From Kofleriaceae bacterium (GTDB taxonomy: Bacteria > Myxococcota_A > Polyangia > Haliangiales > Haliangiaceae), in the NCBI GenBank assembly GCA_965215005.1, contig CBDCCZ010000006.1:160001-224000 (forward strand): DNA of 64,000 nucleotides, written 5' to 3'. The notes beneath the pieces were generated by a model that was given only the letters and a program-made list of their open reading frames with translations, did no database searches and was not told where the DNA came from. The position numbers were made by a program, and so were the translations under genes. Every line of letters begins with the position of its first letter. Position 1 is the first letter of the stretch. Shown in pieces: positions 20,172 to 30,902 of this stretch.

Positions 20172-22177
20172 CAACCCATACGAATCAACGAACCCACACG
20201 AGTGCAGCCGATCGCTCACGCGAGCGAAGCAACTCGAATGGGGCAGCCAAGGTAGTGCACGGGCCGACCCTTCTCGGCGACCAAGACCTTCATTACTTCA
20301 ATGAAGGCACTCATGCGCGCATGTATGAGCACCTGGGCGCGCATCTTCGCAGTGAGAAAGGCAAGAGCGGCTGTCAGTTCGGCGTCTGGGCTCCTTCGGC
20401 CGAATCAGTGAGCGTGATCGGCGACTTCAATGGGTGGGATGCCGCCGCTACGCCGCTTGCCGTGAAGGGCTCCTCGGGCATCTGGGAAGGCTTCGTACCC
20501 GGAGTGGAGCGCGGCGCCACTTACAAATATCACGTGGTATCCCGCAACGGCGGCTACACCGTCGACAAGATGGACCCCTATGGACTGTTCCATGAGCATC
20601 CACCACGCACCGCGTCCGTGGTCTGGGATCTAGATTACGAATGGGAAGATAAGACTTGGATGCAGGGCCGTGGTGAGCGCCACAAGCTCGACGCGCCCAT
20701 GTCGATTTATGAGGTCCACCTCGGTTCTTGGCGCCGCGATCCCGACGACCCCGAGCGGTTCCTCACGTATCGCGAGCTCGCTCCCCTGCTCGCCGATTAC
20801 GTCTCCTATCTAGGATTCACTCACGTCGAGCTGCTACCGGTGATGGAGCATCCGTTCTACGGCTCGTGGGGCTATCAAGTCACCGGCTATTTCGCCCCCA
20901 CCAGCCGCTACGGCAATCCTCAAGACCTGATGTACCTGATTGACTATCTGCATCGCGCCGGCATTGGCGTGCTGCTCGATTGGGTACCCGCGCACTTCCC
21001 CTCGGATGAGCACGCTCTTGGCTACTTCGATGGTACTCACGTCTACGAGCACGCCGATCCGCGCCAAGGCTTTCATCCTGACTGGAACTCGCTCATCTAC
21101 AACTATGGCCGCAATGAAGTGCGCAGCTTCTTGCTCTCGAGCGCCATCTTCTGGCTCGACAAGTACCATATCGATGGTCTGCGGGTGGACGGCGTGGCGT
21201 CCATGCTCTACCTCGACTATTCGCGGGCCGCGGGAGAATGGATACCCAATGAATTCGGCGGTCGGGAGAACATTCCCGCCATCGACTTCCTACGCCAGAT
21301 GAACACCACGGTGTTCAAAGAGTTTCCCGACACCCAAACCATCGCGGAGGAGTCGACAGCTTGGCCAATGGTATCGCGGCCAACGTACACCGGCGGGCTC
21401 GGCTTTGGCATGAAATGGGACATGGGGTGGATGCACGACACACTCCAGTACTTGAGCAAAGACCCCATCTACCGCCGCTATCACCACGGTGACGTCACGT
21501 TTCGCGGCGTGTATGCCTTTCACGAGAACTTCGTCTTGCCGCTGTCGCATGACGAGGTGGTGCACGGCAAGGGCTCTTTGATCAACAAGATGCCGGGGGA
21601 TGAATGGCAGAAGCTTGCCAACCTTCGGCTGCTCTACGCCTATATGTGGGCGATCTCGGGCAAGAAGCTGCTCTTCATGGGCGGTGAGTTCGGTCAGTGG
21701 CGCGAGTGGCAGCACGACAACAGCCTCGATTGGCACCTCACTCATTCGGAGGGCCACCGCGGGCTGCAGAGCTTGGTGTCGCAGATAAATCGCCTCTATC
21801 GCGAGAAGCCGGCCCTGCACCGCGACGTCGAGCCGGAAGGGTTTCGATGGATCGATGCCTCCGACTTCGAGCGCAGCATCTATATCTTCGAGCGTAGCGG
21901 TCGTCGCGGCGAGAAGCTCCTCTGCGCGCTCAATGCCACTCCAACGCCGCAGTACAACTACCGCGTCGGAGTGGATCGCATGGGTTACTGGCACGAGCTT
22001 CTCAACACCGATGCCCGCGAGTTCGGTGGCTCCGGCCTCGGCAATTACGGCCGCGTCGAGGCGCATCCTGTTTCATGGCAGGGGCAGCCGTTCTCGATCA
22101 CGCTCACGCTGCCGCCACTGGCCGCGATCTGGCTGGAAGCGCCAACGGCCGAAGGAGATGGCGCGAGCGAAGCGTAA
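20168..22177 (+). CDS. glgB: 1,4-alpha-glucan branching enzyme (GH13)
   Basis: [41 protein letters not shown] overlap with treS; short N-terminus. Confidence 0.96.
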   Translation: MTTHTNQRTHTSAADRSRERSNSNGAAKVVHGPTLLGDQDLHYFNEGTHARMYEHLGAHLRSEKGKSGCQFGVWAPSAESVSVIGDFNGWDAAATPLAVKGSSGIWEGFVPGVERGATYKYHVVSRNGGYTVDKMDPYGLFHEHPPRTASVVWDLDYEWEDKTWMQGRGERHKLDAPMSIYEVHLGSWRRDPDDPERFLTYRELAPLLADYVSYLGFTHVELLPVMEHPFYGSWGYQVTGYFAPTSRYGNPQDLMYLIDYLHRAGIGVLLDWVPAHFPSDEHALGYFDGTHVYEHADPRQGFHPDWNSLIYNYGRNEVRSFLLSSAIFWLDKYHIDGLRVDGVASMLYLDYSRAAGEWIPNEFGGRENIPAIDFLRQMNTTVFKEFPDTQTIAEESTAWPMVSRPTYTGGLGFGMKWDMGWMHDTLQYLSKDPIYRRYHHGDVTFRGVYAFHENFVLPLSHDEVVHGKGSLINKMPGDEWQKLANLRLLYAYMWAISGKKLLFMGGEFGQWREWQHDNSLDWHLTHSEGHRGLQSLVSQINRLYREKPALHRDVEPEGFRWIDASDFERSIYIFERSGRRGEKLLCALNATPTPQYNYRVGVDRMGYWHELLNTDAREFGGSGLGNYGRVEAHPVSWQGQPFSITLTLPPLAAIWLEAPTAEGDGASEA

Positions 22178-22223
22178 TCCCGGCGCAGCCGCTCTTGTGT
22201 CACCACCCGGCTTACCAAGAGCC

Positions 22224-24665
22224 ATGAACCGCTACGTCTGCATTCACGCTCACTGCTATCAGCCGCCGCGCGAGAATCCGTGGCTCGAGGAAATCGAGCA
22301 GCAGGACTCGGCGTATCCCCATCACGATTGGAATGAGCGGGTCAACGCCGAGTGCTACGCGCAGAACGTCGCGTCGCGGATTCTCGATGCGCGCGGGCGG
22401 ATCGCTCGCATCCTCAACAACTTCTCCCGCATCAGCTTCAACATCGGGCCAACGCTGCTGTCGTGGATGGAGCACCACGACCCGGACACCTATCGCGGAA
22501 TCTTGCGCGCCGACCACGAGAGCCGTGAGCGCTTCGGTGGTCACGGCAGCGCAATTGCTCAAGCGTACAACCACATGATTCTGCCGCTCGCGAACGAGCG
22601 CGACAGACACACGCAAGTGCGCTGGGGTATCGAAGACTTCATCCACCGGTTCGGTCGCCGCCCGGAGGGGATGTGGCTTCCCGAGACCGCGGTGGATCTG
22701 GCGACGCTCGAGGTGTTGGCCGAGAACGAGCTGGCTTTCACGATACTCTCGCCGTATCAGGCCAAACGGGTCCGAAGGCGCGGCGAGACCGACTGGCTCG
22801 ACGTGGCAGGAGGCCGGATCGATCCATCGCAGGCGTATCTCCATTCGTTACCCTCGGGACGAAGCATCGCGGTGTTCTTCTACGATGGTCCGGTGGCACA
22901 AGCGGTGGCGTTCGAGCGTTTGCTCGATAGCGGCGAGCGTTTCGCCCAGCGTCTCGAGGGCGGGTTCTCCGAGCGCCGCAAGTGGCCCCAGCTCATGCAC
23001 ATCGCCACGGATGGCGAGAGCTACGGCCATCACCACCGCAGCGGCGAAATGGCCCTCTCCTATGCCCTCGACCTCATCGACCGCGAGAAGCGCGCCGAGA
23101 TGACCATCTATGGCGAATATCTCGAACGGCATCCGCCGACCCACGAGGTCGAGATTCTCGAAGACACCGCGTGGAGCTGCTCGCACGGCGTCGGGCGCTG
23201 GCGAGAGAGCTGCGGCTGCAACACCGGCGGTCAGCCTGACTGGTCGCAAGAGTGGCGTGGCCCGCTGCGAAAGGCGCTCGATTGGCTGCGAGATGAGCTT
23301 GCCACTGCCTATGAACGAGCCGCCGCCGACCTCTTCATCGATCCGTGGGCGGCACGGGACGCGCTGATATCGGTGCTGCTAGATCGTCGCCGTCAAGCCG
23401 TGGAAGCGTTTCTCGCAACCCACCAACGCCGACCGTTGACCGGCGAGCAGCAGCGTCGAGCTCTGATGCTGCTAGAGATGCAGCGCCACCTCATGCTCAT
23501 GTACACGAGCTGCGGCTGGTTCTTCGACGATCTCTCCGGCATCGAGACGGTCCAGGTTATTCAATACGCCGGTCGCGCCGTTCAGCTCGCCGAGTCGCTG
23601 TTTGGCAGCCAGCTCGAGGAGAGCTTCGTCGGCAGACTGGCGCGCGCTCGCAGCAACCTCCCAGCGTGGCGAGACGGGCGAGCCATCTATGAGAAGAACG
23701 TCAAGCCGGCGATGGTCAATCTCACCAAGGTGGGTGCTCACTACGCCATTAGCTCGCTGTTTCAGGACTATCCCCAGCGCGCCCGAATCTACTGCTACGA
23801 CGTCGAACGGCAAGCGGAGGAGAGTTACACGCTTGGGCGGATGAAGATGTTGGTTGGGCGCGCGCACATCGCTTCGACCATCACCTGGAACGACACCGAT
23901 CTCGCCTATGCGGTGCTCCACTTTGGCGACACCCACGTTCTTGGTGGTGTTAGCGAGGGACTTGACGACGCCGCGTGGGAAACGATCACGTCCACGTTGA
24001 TCAACGCCTTCATGCGCTCCGACGTGACGCAAATGGTCCGCATCTTCGATCGCCATTTCACCGAGCAGTTCGCCTTGCCTTCGCTGTTCCGCGACGAGCA
24101 ACGCAAGGTGCTTCGGCAGCTCATCGACAGCACGGTCGACGAGGTCGATGCCGCCTATCAGGCCATCTACCGCAACAACGCCCCGCTGATAGCCTTCCTA
24201 ACTGCGAGCAACATGCCGGTGCCACGCCCGCTGCGGACCGCTGCGGAGCATGCGCTCACCGCGCAGCTCGAGCGCGCCTTCGACGACGATGACCTCAATC
24301 GCGACGATATCGAATCCATACTCACCGACGCTGCCGAGCGCTGCGTGCAGCTCGATGAGCCGACGCTGCGATTCACGCTTCAGCAGCGTATCGAGCGCGA
24401 AGCCCAGAGGCTAGCAGAAGACCCGCTCGAGATGCGGCTGCTGGCGCGACTCCGCGCGGCGGTGGATATAGCCGGCCTCACCTCGTTTGGTGTGGAGCTC
24501 TGGAAAGTTCAGAACATCTATTGGGAGCTTCTCAGACAACGGTTTACGGACCAGCGTGCGCGCGCTCAGGCAGGCGACGATGACGCTACCGCGTGGTGCC
24601 AAGACTTCCTAACGCTCGGCGATCAGCTTCGTGTGAGCTTCGCCTGCGAGGACCATCATGAGTGA
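22224..24665 (+). CDS. GH57 family glycoside hydrolase with DUF3536
   Basis: HAHCYQPPRENPW, WLPETAVD, ATDGESYGHH, MYTSCGWFF. Confidence 0.9.
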   Translation: MNRYVCIHAHCYQPPRENPWLEEIEQQDSAYPHHDWNERVNAECYAQNVASRILDARGRIARILNNFSRISFNIGPTLLSWMEHHDPDTYRGILRADHESRERFGGHGSAIAQAYNHMILPLANERDRHTQVRWGIEDFIHRFGRRPEGMWLPETAVDLATLEVLAENELAFTILSPYQAKRVRRRGETDWLDVAGGRIDPSQAYLHSLPSGRSIAVFFYDGPVAQAVAFERLLDSGERFAQRLEGGFSERRKWPQLMHIATDGESYGHHHRSGEMALSYALDLIDREKRAEMTIYGEYLERHPPTHEVEILEDTAWSCSHGVGRWRESCGCNTGGQPDWSQEWRGPLRKALDWLRDELATAYERAAADLFIDPWAARDALISVLLDRRRQAVEAFLATHQRRPLTGEQQRRALMLLEMQRHLMLMYTSCGWFFDDLSGIETVQVIQYAGRAVQLAESLFGSQLEESFVGRLARARSNLPAWRDGRAIYEKNVKPAMVNLTKVGAHYAISSLFQDYPQRARIYCYDVERQAEESYTLGRMKMLVGRAHIASTITWNDTDLAYAVLHFGDTHVLGGVSEGLDDAAWETITSTLINAFMRSDVTQMVRIFDRHFTEQFALPSLFRDEQRKVLRQLIDSTVDEVDAAYQAIYRNNAPLIAFLTASNMPVPRPLRTAAEHALTAQLERAFDDDDLNRDDIESILTDAAERCVQLDEPTLRFTLQQRIEREAQRLAEDPLEMRLLARLRAAVDIAGLTSFGVELWKVQNIYWELLRQRFTDQRARAQAGDDDATAWCQDFLTLGDQLRVSFACEDHHE

Positions 24666-27246
24666 CAGCAAGATTCCCATCGCGACCTATCGTTTTCAGC
24701 TCACCGGGACGCTGGGATTCGCACGCGCTCGCGAGCTCGTGCCTTATCTCGCGGCGCTGGGAATCGATACCCTCTATGCGTCACCTATTCTGGTAGCTCG
24801 CCGAGACAGCACCGCCAACTACGACGTTTGCGACCCGCGGTTCCTCGACCCCAGACTCGGCAGCGACGAGGACTTCGACGCGCTTGCCGCAGCGCTGCGT
24901 GAGCGCGAGATGGGAATGGTCGTCGACATCGTTCCCAATCACATGGCGGCCTCCACAGAGAATCCATGGTGGCGCGAAGTGCTCGCCCACGGCCCCGACT
25001 CGGCCGCCGCCCGTATCTTCGATATCGACTGGGATGCGTGGCCAGCCGCTGCCGGCGCAGCCCCAAAACTCCTCTTGCCGATACTCGGCGGCCCGTATGC
25101 CGAGGTTCTCGCCCGCGGTGAGCTAACGATCGCCGACAGTGAGGGCGGACTCGCCGCGCGCTATTTCGACACTTTCTTGCCGCTCGCGCCTGGTTCGTGT
25201 CCGGCTGAGCACGGCGATGATCCTGCCGCCATTCATGAAATTCTCGAAGCGCAGCACTATCGGCTCGGGTTTTGGCGCAGCGGCGCTCGCCGTATCAACT
25301 ATCGCCGATTCTTCGATATCTCCGAGTTGGCCGGCACACGCGTGGAGGATGGCGATGTGTTCGCGGCACTGCACGAAAAGACCCTGGCGCTGGTGAGCCG
25401 CGGCGCAATCACTGGGTTGCGGGTCGATCACATCGATGGATTACGCGATCCAACCCAATATCTGCAGCGACTGGAGCGTGCCGCAAGCGATGCGGCAGAC
25501 GGCCGCAAGCCCTATATCGTCGTCGAGAAGATTCTTTCGCACGACGAGACGATGCCAGCCGACTGGCCCATTCAAGGCACCACTGGCTACGAATTCGTTC
25601 GAGCCCTTAATGGCGTGTTCGTCGATGCCGATGGTCTTGCCGAGCTCGAGCGCATCTATGAGAAGTTTCTCGGCTTTGCCCAGCCTTTCGAAGATCGCCT
25701 GTATCAGCAAAAGAAGCGCGTCATTCGGGACTTATTCCCCAACGAGATTCATCGCCGCAGCGCGGAGCTCCGGCGATTGGCGTTGGCCGACTTGCACGCC
25801 CGCGATCTCTACGACTACGACCTCGACGCCGCGCTCGTGGAAGTTGCCGCATGTTTCCCAGTGTATCGCAGCTACGCCGGCACGACCGCGAGCGAGCAGG
25901 ACCGGAGATGGAACGACAGCGCGGTTGCCGCGGCGCAAGAGCGTGCGCCGCACGTAGCCGCGGGTGCATTCGATTTCTTGCGCCGGGTGCTGTCGATGGA
26001 AGGCTTCGAGCAGGCTCCCGCCGACATGCGCCAACCGTGGGCCGACTTCGTATGCCGCTGGCAGCAGCTAACGGGTCCCATCGTCGCCAAGGGACTCGAA
26101 GACACCGCTCTCTATCAAGACTTTCGTCTGCTGTCGCTCAACTCGGTTGGCGGCGAGCCCGACGCAGGCCGCGAGCTGATGCAGGTGGAGGCCTTCCATC
26201 GCCACAACCAGTACTACTGCCAGCACTGGCCGCACTCGATGATTTCCACCAGCACTCACGACTCAAAGCGCAGCGAGGATGTACGAGCCCGTTTGCACGT
26301 ACTTTCCGACATGCCGGTAGCATGGTCACGCGCGCTGTCGCGATGGGCGGGTCAAAACGGCCGGCACAAGCAAATGGTGGCCGGTCGCGCGGTGCCATCC
26401 CGCAACGTCGAGGTTCTCATCTATCAGACGATGCTCGGTGCCTGGCCTCTGGACCAGAGTGAGGTAGGCGCCTTCATCGAACGGCTCGAGGCGTACTTGA
26501 TCAAAGCCAGCCGAGAAGCGAAGCTCGAAACCAGTTGGCTCGACACCAACGAAGAGTACGAAGGGGCGTTGATAGGCTTCGTTCGCGCCATCACGGATGA
26601 CGCGGAGCTGATGCGCGACTTCGCCAGCTTACAGCAGCGCATCGCCTTTTATGGCGCCATCAATGGACTGTCTCAGGTCATCCTCAAAGCTACCAGCCCA
26701 GGCGTGCCGGACTTCTATCAAGGAACCGAGCTTTGGACCTTTACCCTGGTCGATCCCGACAACCGTCGTGCAGTCGATTTCGATCGCCGCCAGCGACTGC
26801 TGCAAGAGCTAAACGGCCTCGCTGAGCGCGACCCGGTGACCACGTGTCGTGAGCTCTTGCGCACCTGGCAAGACGGCCGCATCAAGCTCTTCGTCACGCA
26901 ACGTGCACTTGCCGCCCGCGGCCGCCACAGCGCGTTGTTCACCAAAGGGGACTACCTACCGCTGCGCGCGACGGGCGAACGCGCCGACGATGTCTGCGTG
27001 TTCGCGCGCCGTCACGAAGCATCCTGGACGATCACCGCCGTACCTATGCGCGTAGGCAAGCTCGGCGCTGCTGGCGCGTGGCCTACCGGCAAGCGCTGCT
27101 GGAAGAACACGATTCTCGAAATCCCCGCCGAGGCTCCCAAACGCTGGCGCAACGCGTTCACCGGCGAGCTCATCGATGCAAGCGGCGAGCTGCGCGCTGC
27201 CGAGGTGTTCAAGACGCTGCCGATCGCACTCTTGGAGCCGGCGTGA
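24658..27246 (+). CDS. treY: Malto-oligosyltrehalose synthase
   Basis: ATYRFQ, DIVPNHM, NYRRFFDI, RVDHIDGL, VEKIL, STHDSKRSED, SPGVPDFYQG. Confidence 0.95.
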   Translation: MSDSKIPIATYRFQLTGTLGFARARELVPYLAALGIDTLYASPILVARRDSTANYDVCDPRFLDPRLGSDEDFDALAAALREREMGMVVDIVPNHMAASTENPWWREVLAHGPDSAAARIFDIDWDAWPAAAGAAPKLLLPILGGPYAEVLARGELTIADSEGGLAARYFDTFLPLAPGSCPAEHGDDPAAIHEILEAQHYRLGFWRSGARRINYRRFFDISELAGTRVEDGDVFAALHEKTLALVSRGAITGLRVDHIDGLRDPTQYLQRLERAASDAADGRKPYIVVEKILSHDETMPADWPIQGTTGYEFVRALNGVFVDADGLAELERIYEKFLGFAQPFEDRLYQQKKRVIRDLFPNEIHRRSAELRRLALADLHARDLYDYDLDAALVEVAACFPVYRSYAGTTASEQDRRWNDSAVAAAQERAPHVAAGAFDFLRRVLSMEGFEQAPADMRQPWADFVCRWQQLTGPIVAKGLEDTALYQDFRLLSLNSVGGEPDAGRELMQVEAFHRHNQYYCQHWPHSMISTSTHDSKRSEDVRARLHVLSDMPVAWSRALSRWAGQNGRHKQMVAGRAVPSRNVEVLIYQTMLGAWPLDQSEVGAFIERLEAYLIKASREAKLETSWLDTNEEYEGALIGFVRAITDDAELMRDFASLQQRIAFYGAINGLSQVILKATSPGVPDFYQGTELWTFTLVDPDNRRAVDFDRRQRLLQELNGLAERDPVTTCRELLRTWQDGRIKLFVTQRALAARGRHSALFTKGDYLPLRATGERADDVCVFARRHEASWTITAVPMRVGKLGAAGAWPTGKRCWKNTILEIPAEAPKRWRNAFTGELIDASGELRAAEVFKTLPIALLEPA

Positions 27247-27280
27247 CCGCCCGCTCCTGCAACTCGGGACGGTGTCTTCG

Positions 27281-29149
27281 ATGAAGCCCGGCGGCCTAGA
27301 CATAGCCGACCACGGCGTCATCGGCGATCGGCGGTCGATTGCGCTGGTCGGCACGGATGGCACGATCGACTTTCTCTGTTACCCGAGCTTTGACTCCCCA
27401 AGCGTCTTCGCTAGCCTTCTCGACGACGAACGCGGCGGCAGCTTTGCCGTTTATCCAGAGCTTCCCGACGCCCGCCGGCAACAGTTCTATCTGCCCAACA
27501 CCAACGTGCTGCTCACCCGCTTTCTCGCCGAGGAAGCCGTTGCTGAGCTGTCGGACTTCATGCCAGTGGGGGACCGCTGGGCTCCCCGCGATTCAGTGAT
27601 CGTCCGCCAGGCGCGCGCTGTTCGCGGCGAGATCACGTTTCGGTTGCGGCTCCAACCAGCCTTCGACTATGGCCGTGCTCAACACCGCGTGCACCGCGAT
27701 GGCAAGCATCTCATCTTCGAATCCCGCGCCGGTGATGGCTTAGCCTTGCGGCTGCGCTCCTCTCATCCGTTGAAGATCGATGGTGCTGCTGGCATCGCCG
27801 AGCTCGATCTCGCCGCCGGTGAGACGGCGACCTTCGTGCTCGAGCGCGCGAGCGAGGAGAACGATTCCCCCTTCGACTCCGCCAGCGCCGTCGAAGAAGC
27901 CTTCGCAGACACTGTGCACTTCTGGCGCCGCTGGATTTCGCGCTCGACCTATCAGGGACGCTGGCGCGACCGCGTGCATCGGTCCGCGCTCCTGCTCAAG
28001 CTCCTGCAGCACCACGATAGCGGCTCGCTCATTGCGGCCCCGACCTTCGGTTTGCCCGAAGAAATTGGTGGGATGCGCAACTGGGACTATCGCTATACCT
28101 GGCTCCGCGATGCATCATTCACGGTGCAGGCGCTCAGTCAGCTTGGCATCGTCGAGGAGTCGCATCGCTTCATGGAGTGGCTTGAGCAGCGATGTCTGGA
28201 GGTCGATCCTGGCCAGCCACTGGCGGTGCTCTACACCACCGCGGGTGGGACGTGCGTGAAAGAAGAGACGCTCGACCACTTTCGCGGCTATCGCGGCTCG
28301 ACTCCGGTGCGAATTGGCAATGCCGCGGCTGGACAGCTGCAGCTCGACATCTATGGCGAGCTCTTCGACGCGCTGTGGCAGTACAGCGCCCAGGGCTTTT
28401 GTCAATATCATCAGGTGTGGTCGCGGCTCGAAGAGATCATCAACTGGGTTTGCGACAATTGGCGTCGTGAAGATGAAGGCGTATGGGAGACCCGCGGCGG
28501 GCGTCATGAGTTCGTGCAGTCGCGATTGATGTGCTGGGTCGCTCTCGACCGCGCGCTCAAGCTCGCTGATCGCGAATCAAAGCCCGCTCCTCGACAACGC
28601 TGGTTAGAGACCCGCGACGCGATCTACCATGACCTCCACGCCCGCTTCTGGAACGAGCAACTCGGCGCCTTCATGCAGTATCCCGGGGCTAACCGCCTCG
28701 ACGCCGGATGCTTGCTCATGCCGCTCGTCGGTTTCATCAGCCCGACGGATCCTCGCTGGCTATCGACCCTGCGTCGAGTCGAGGACGAGCTTGCGGTCGA
28801 TGAGCTCGTCTACCGCTATCGCGCCCACGACCGTGAAGAGTGGTCCGATGGACTCGAAGGCCAAGAAGGCACCTTTTCCATCTGCACCTTTTGGCTCGTG
28901 CAGTGCCTGGCGAGAGCCGGCGAGCTCGATAGAGCGCAGTTGGCATTCGAGAAGATGCTCGCCTACGGCAATCACGTCGGCCTCTACGCAGAGCAGCTCG
29001 GCCGCCGCGCCGAGCACCTCGGCAACTTTCCCCAAGCGCTCACCCACCTCGGGCTCATCAACGCGGCTATCGATCTCGACGCTCGCCTGAATGCCTCGAG
29101 GTCGCCCATGGAAGAGGCTCATCGTCGCCCGAGCGTCGAGATGCGATAG
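27281..29149 (+). CDS. GH15 glucoamylase/trehalase-like glycoside hydrolase
   Basis: AAPTFGLPE, RNWDYRYTWLRD, QLDIYGE, EGVWE, GNFPQALTH. Confidence 0.92.
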   Translation: MKPGGLDIADHGVIGDRRSIALVGTDGTIDFLCYPSFDSPSVFASLLDDERGGSFAVYPELPDARRQQFYLPNTNVLLTRFLAEEAVAELSDFMPVGDRWAPRDSVIVRQARAVRGEITFRLRLQPAFDYGRAQHRVHRDGKHLIFESRAGDGLALRLRSSHPLKIDGAAGIAELDLAAGETATFVLERASEENDSPFDSASAVEEAFADTVHFWRRWISRSTYQGRWRDRVHRSALLLKLLQHHDSGSLIAAPTFGLPEEIGGMRNWDYRYTWLRDASFTVQALSQLGIVEESHRFMEWLEQRCLEVDPGQPLAVLYTTAGGTCVKEETLDHFRGYRGSTPVRIGNAAAGQLQLDIYGELFDALWQYSAQGFCQYHQVWSRLEEIINWVCDNWRREDEGVWETRGGRHEFVQSRLMCWVALDRALKLADRESKPAPRQRWLETRDAIYHDLHARFWNEQLGAFMQYPGANRLDAGCLLMPLVGFISPTDPRWLSTLRRVEDELAVDELVYRYRAHDREEWSDGLEGQEGTFSICTFWLVQCLARAGELDRAQLAFEKMLAYGNHVGLYAEQLGRRAEHLGNFPQALTHLGLINAAIDLDARLNASRSPMEEAHRRPSVEMR

Positions 29150-29187
29150 AGTCGAAGGTGGTCGCTCGAACGCGACTCCCTCGACTC
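29149..29187. terminator. Hairpin between the convergent GH15 and SDR genes
   Basis: GAGTCGA...TCGACTC outer stem and GTCGC/GCGAC inner stem. Confidence 0.5.
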
Positions 29188-29203
29188 GTTTACCCCGCCG
29201 ACG

Positions 29204-30067
29204 TCACCCGGCGCGCGTCTGCCCGCCCAAGAGCGTAAGCACTTCCCCCGTCACGTAGCTCGAGTCGATATCCGAGGCGAAGTAGACATAGGCTGGAGCG
29301 ATCTCCTCGGGCTGCGCTGGCCGTTCCATCGGCTGCCCCTCACCGAAGTGCGCCACGTCTTCTGCGTCGCGGTCCGACGGATTGAGAGGCGTCCAAACCG
29401 GGCCCGGCGCGACGCAGTTGACGCGAATGCCCTCCTCGACCAAATTTTGCGCCAACGACTTCGTAAACGCGTGGATCGCGCCTTTCGTCGCCGAGTAATC
29501 CAGTAACTTGCCTGAGCCGTTGAGGCCAGTAATCGAGCCTGTATTGATGATTGACCCACCTTTCGGAAGGTGCGGCAACGCCGCCTTCGCCATATGAAAG
29601 TAGCCGTAGATGTTGGTCTTGAAGGTTCGATCCCACTGCTCTTCATCGAGCTCATCGAGTCCTTCGCGATGCTGCTGATAGGCGGCGTTATTGACCAACA
29701 CGTCGAGGCGGCCGAGCTGCTCGACCGTTTGCTTTACAGCATCGCGGCAGAACCCGGCGTCTTTGACGTCACCCGGAACCAGCAGCGCCGAACGCCCCTC
29801 TGCCTCGATTGCCGCGCGAGTCTCCTCTGCATCGGCCTGCTCCTCGCTCAAGTACACCAACGCGACATCGGCGCCTTCACGGGCAAACAGAACGGCCACT
29901 GAACGGCCGATTCCCGAGTCTCCTCCGGTGATGAGAGCTACTTTGCCGGCAAGTTTGCCGGCTCCGCGGTAGCGTGGCGCCGCATAGCGTGGACGTGGAT
30001 CGAGCTCTTGCTCAGAACCGGGCTTGTCTTGGTGCTGCGCAGGAAATGGCGGGCTGGGTTGCTGCAT
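29204..30067 (-). CDS. SDR oxidoreductase of the YghA/YdaD general-stress type
   Basis: Q..PG.E..LDPRP N-terminus, TGGDSGIG, NNAA, YSATK. Confidence 0.9.
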   Translation of the reverse strand: MQQPSPPFPAQHQDKPGSEQELDPRPRYAAPRYRGAGKLAGKVALITGGDSGIGRSVAVLFAREGADVALVYLSEEQADAEETRAAIEAEGRSALLVPGDVKDAGFCRDAVKQTVEQLGRLDVLVNNAAYQQHREGLDELDEEQWDRTFKTNIYGYFHMAKAALPHLPKGGSIINTGSITGLNGSGKLLDYSATKGAIHAFTKSLAQNLVEEGIRVNCVAPGPVWTPLNPSDRDAEDVAHFGEGQPMERPAQPEEIAPAYVYFASDIDSSYVTGEVLTLLGGQTRAG

Positions 30068-30080
30068 GGGCAATTGCGGC

Positions 30081-30096
30081 AGCAGGGAGTGTGCCA
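30081..30096 (-). promoter_or_regulatory. Putative sigma54 promoter (near-leaderless) of the SDR gene
   Basis: TGGCACA-CTCC-CTGCT, ending 13 nt before the ATG. Confidence 0.6.
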
Positions 30097-30243
30097 GCAC
30101 GACATTTTTGGGCAGGACCGAGGGCGCGAGCGGCGCGAGCCGATGCGTCACGACGAGGCGTGATGGTACGCGTCACGACGTCGGTGTTCTTCAATAGGCA
30201 AACAGCATGCTCCTACGTCCGCGACAGCGTCCGCTCCGCCGTG

Positions 30244-30259
30244 TGGCACGGCGTCTGCT
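30244..30259 (+). promoter_or_regulatory. Putative sigma54 promoter of the ASRT-like gene
   Basis: TGGCACG-GCGT-CTGCT. Confidence 0.6.
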
Positions 30260-30303
30260 CTCGCTGAGTCGCGCGAGCACCTCGCTCGTGTTAGGAGGAT
30301 TCG

Positions 30304-30674
30304 GTGAAACAAGCACTCGGCCGCACTCGTTGGGCAATCGCGGAGGGCTATATCCCGGAGGGGAGCAACGGCCCCAAGCCAGAGATGGAGAGTCATGAAA
30401 CCGCCTGCCTTCTCAATACCGGCGAGGTCGACGCCAACGTCACGATTACCGCCTATTTTGCAGGTCGCCGGCGGGTCCCTTCCGCTTGGTGGTCGCCGCG
30501 GAGCGAACCCGCCATGTGCGCTTCAATCAGCTAGACGACCCGGAACCGATTCCCCGAGGAACCGATTTTGCCACGGTTATCGAGTCCGATGTGCCCATCG
30601 TGGTTCAGCACACGCGACTCGACTCGCGCCAAGCCGAAAACGCGCTGATGACCACAATTGCGTTCTCGGAATAG
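30304..30674 (+). pseudogene. Sensory rhodopsin transducer (ASRT family), frameshifted near 30465-30475
   Basis: N-half GRTRWAIAEGYIP...SHETACLLN and C-half RTRHVRFNQL.DPEPIP...SDVPIVVQHTRLDSRQAENAL lie in different frames; AGGAGG SD. Confidence 0.85.
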
Positions 30675-30702
30675 CGAGCCCGCGGTCGCACAGTCTCGTC
30701 GT

Positions 30703-30718
30703 TGGACCGTACCGTGCA
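30703..30718 (+). promoter_or_regulatory. Putative sigma54 promoter (near-leaderless) of the small membrane protein-YihY operon
   Basis: TGGACCG-TACC-GTGCA, 12 nt before ATG 30731. Confidence 0.45.
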
Positions 30719-30730
30719 TTTCTGATACCT

Positions 30731-30898
30731 ATGCGATCATTCCTTCTTGCCGTCATCGTCGTCGCTGGCGGCGGGATCCTTCTGTCGATGCTCGCCGCAC
30801 CGTTTGGGCTGCATCTCGATCTCACCAAAACCATCATCCTGAGCGTAGGCTTGACCATTCTCCTCAACTTCGTCCTCGCCATGTTCCGCGCCGGATGA
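30731..30898 (+). CDS. Small two-TM membrane protein (55 aa)
   Basis: MRSFLLAVIVVAGGGILLSML...IILSVGLTILLNFVLAMF; 4 nt upstream of the YihY-like gene. Confidence 0.6.
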   Translation: MRSFLLAVIVVAGGGILLSMLAAPFGLHLDLTKTIILSVGLTILLNFVLAMFRAG

Positions 30899-30902
30899 GT
30901 CG

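Noticed and set aside
21855..22223. N-terminal extension of the GH57 ORF
   Set aside because: Overlaps glgB; family similarity begins at MNRYVCIHAH (22224).
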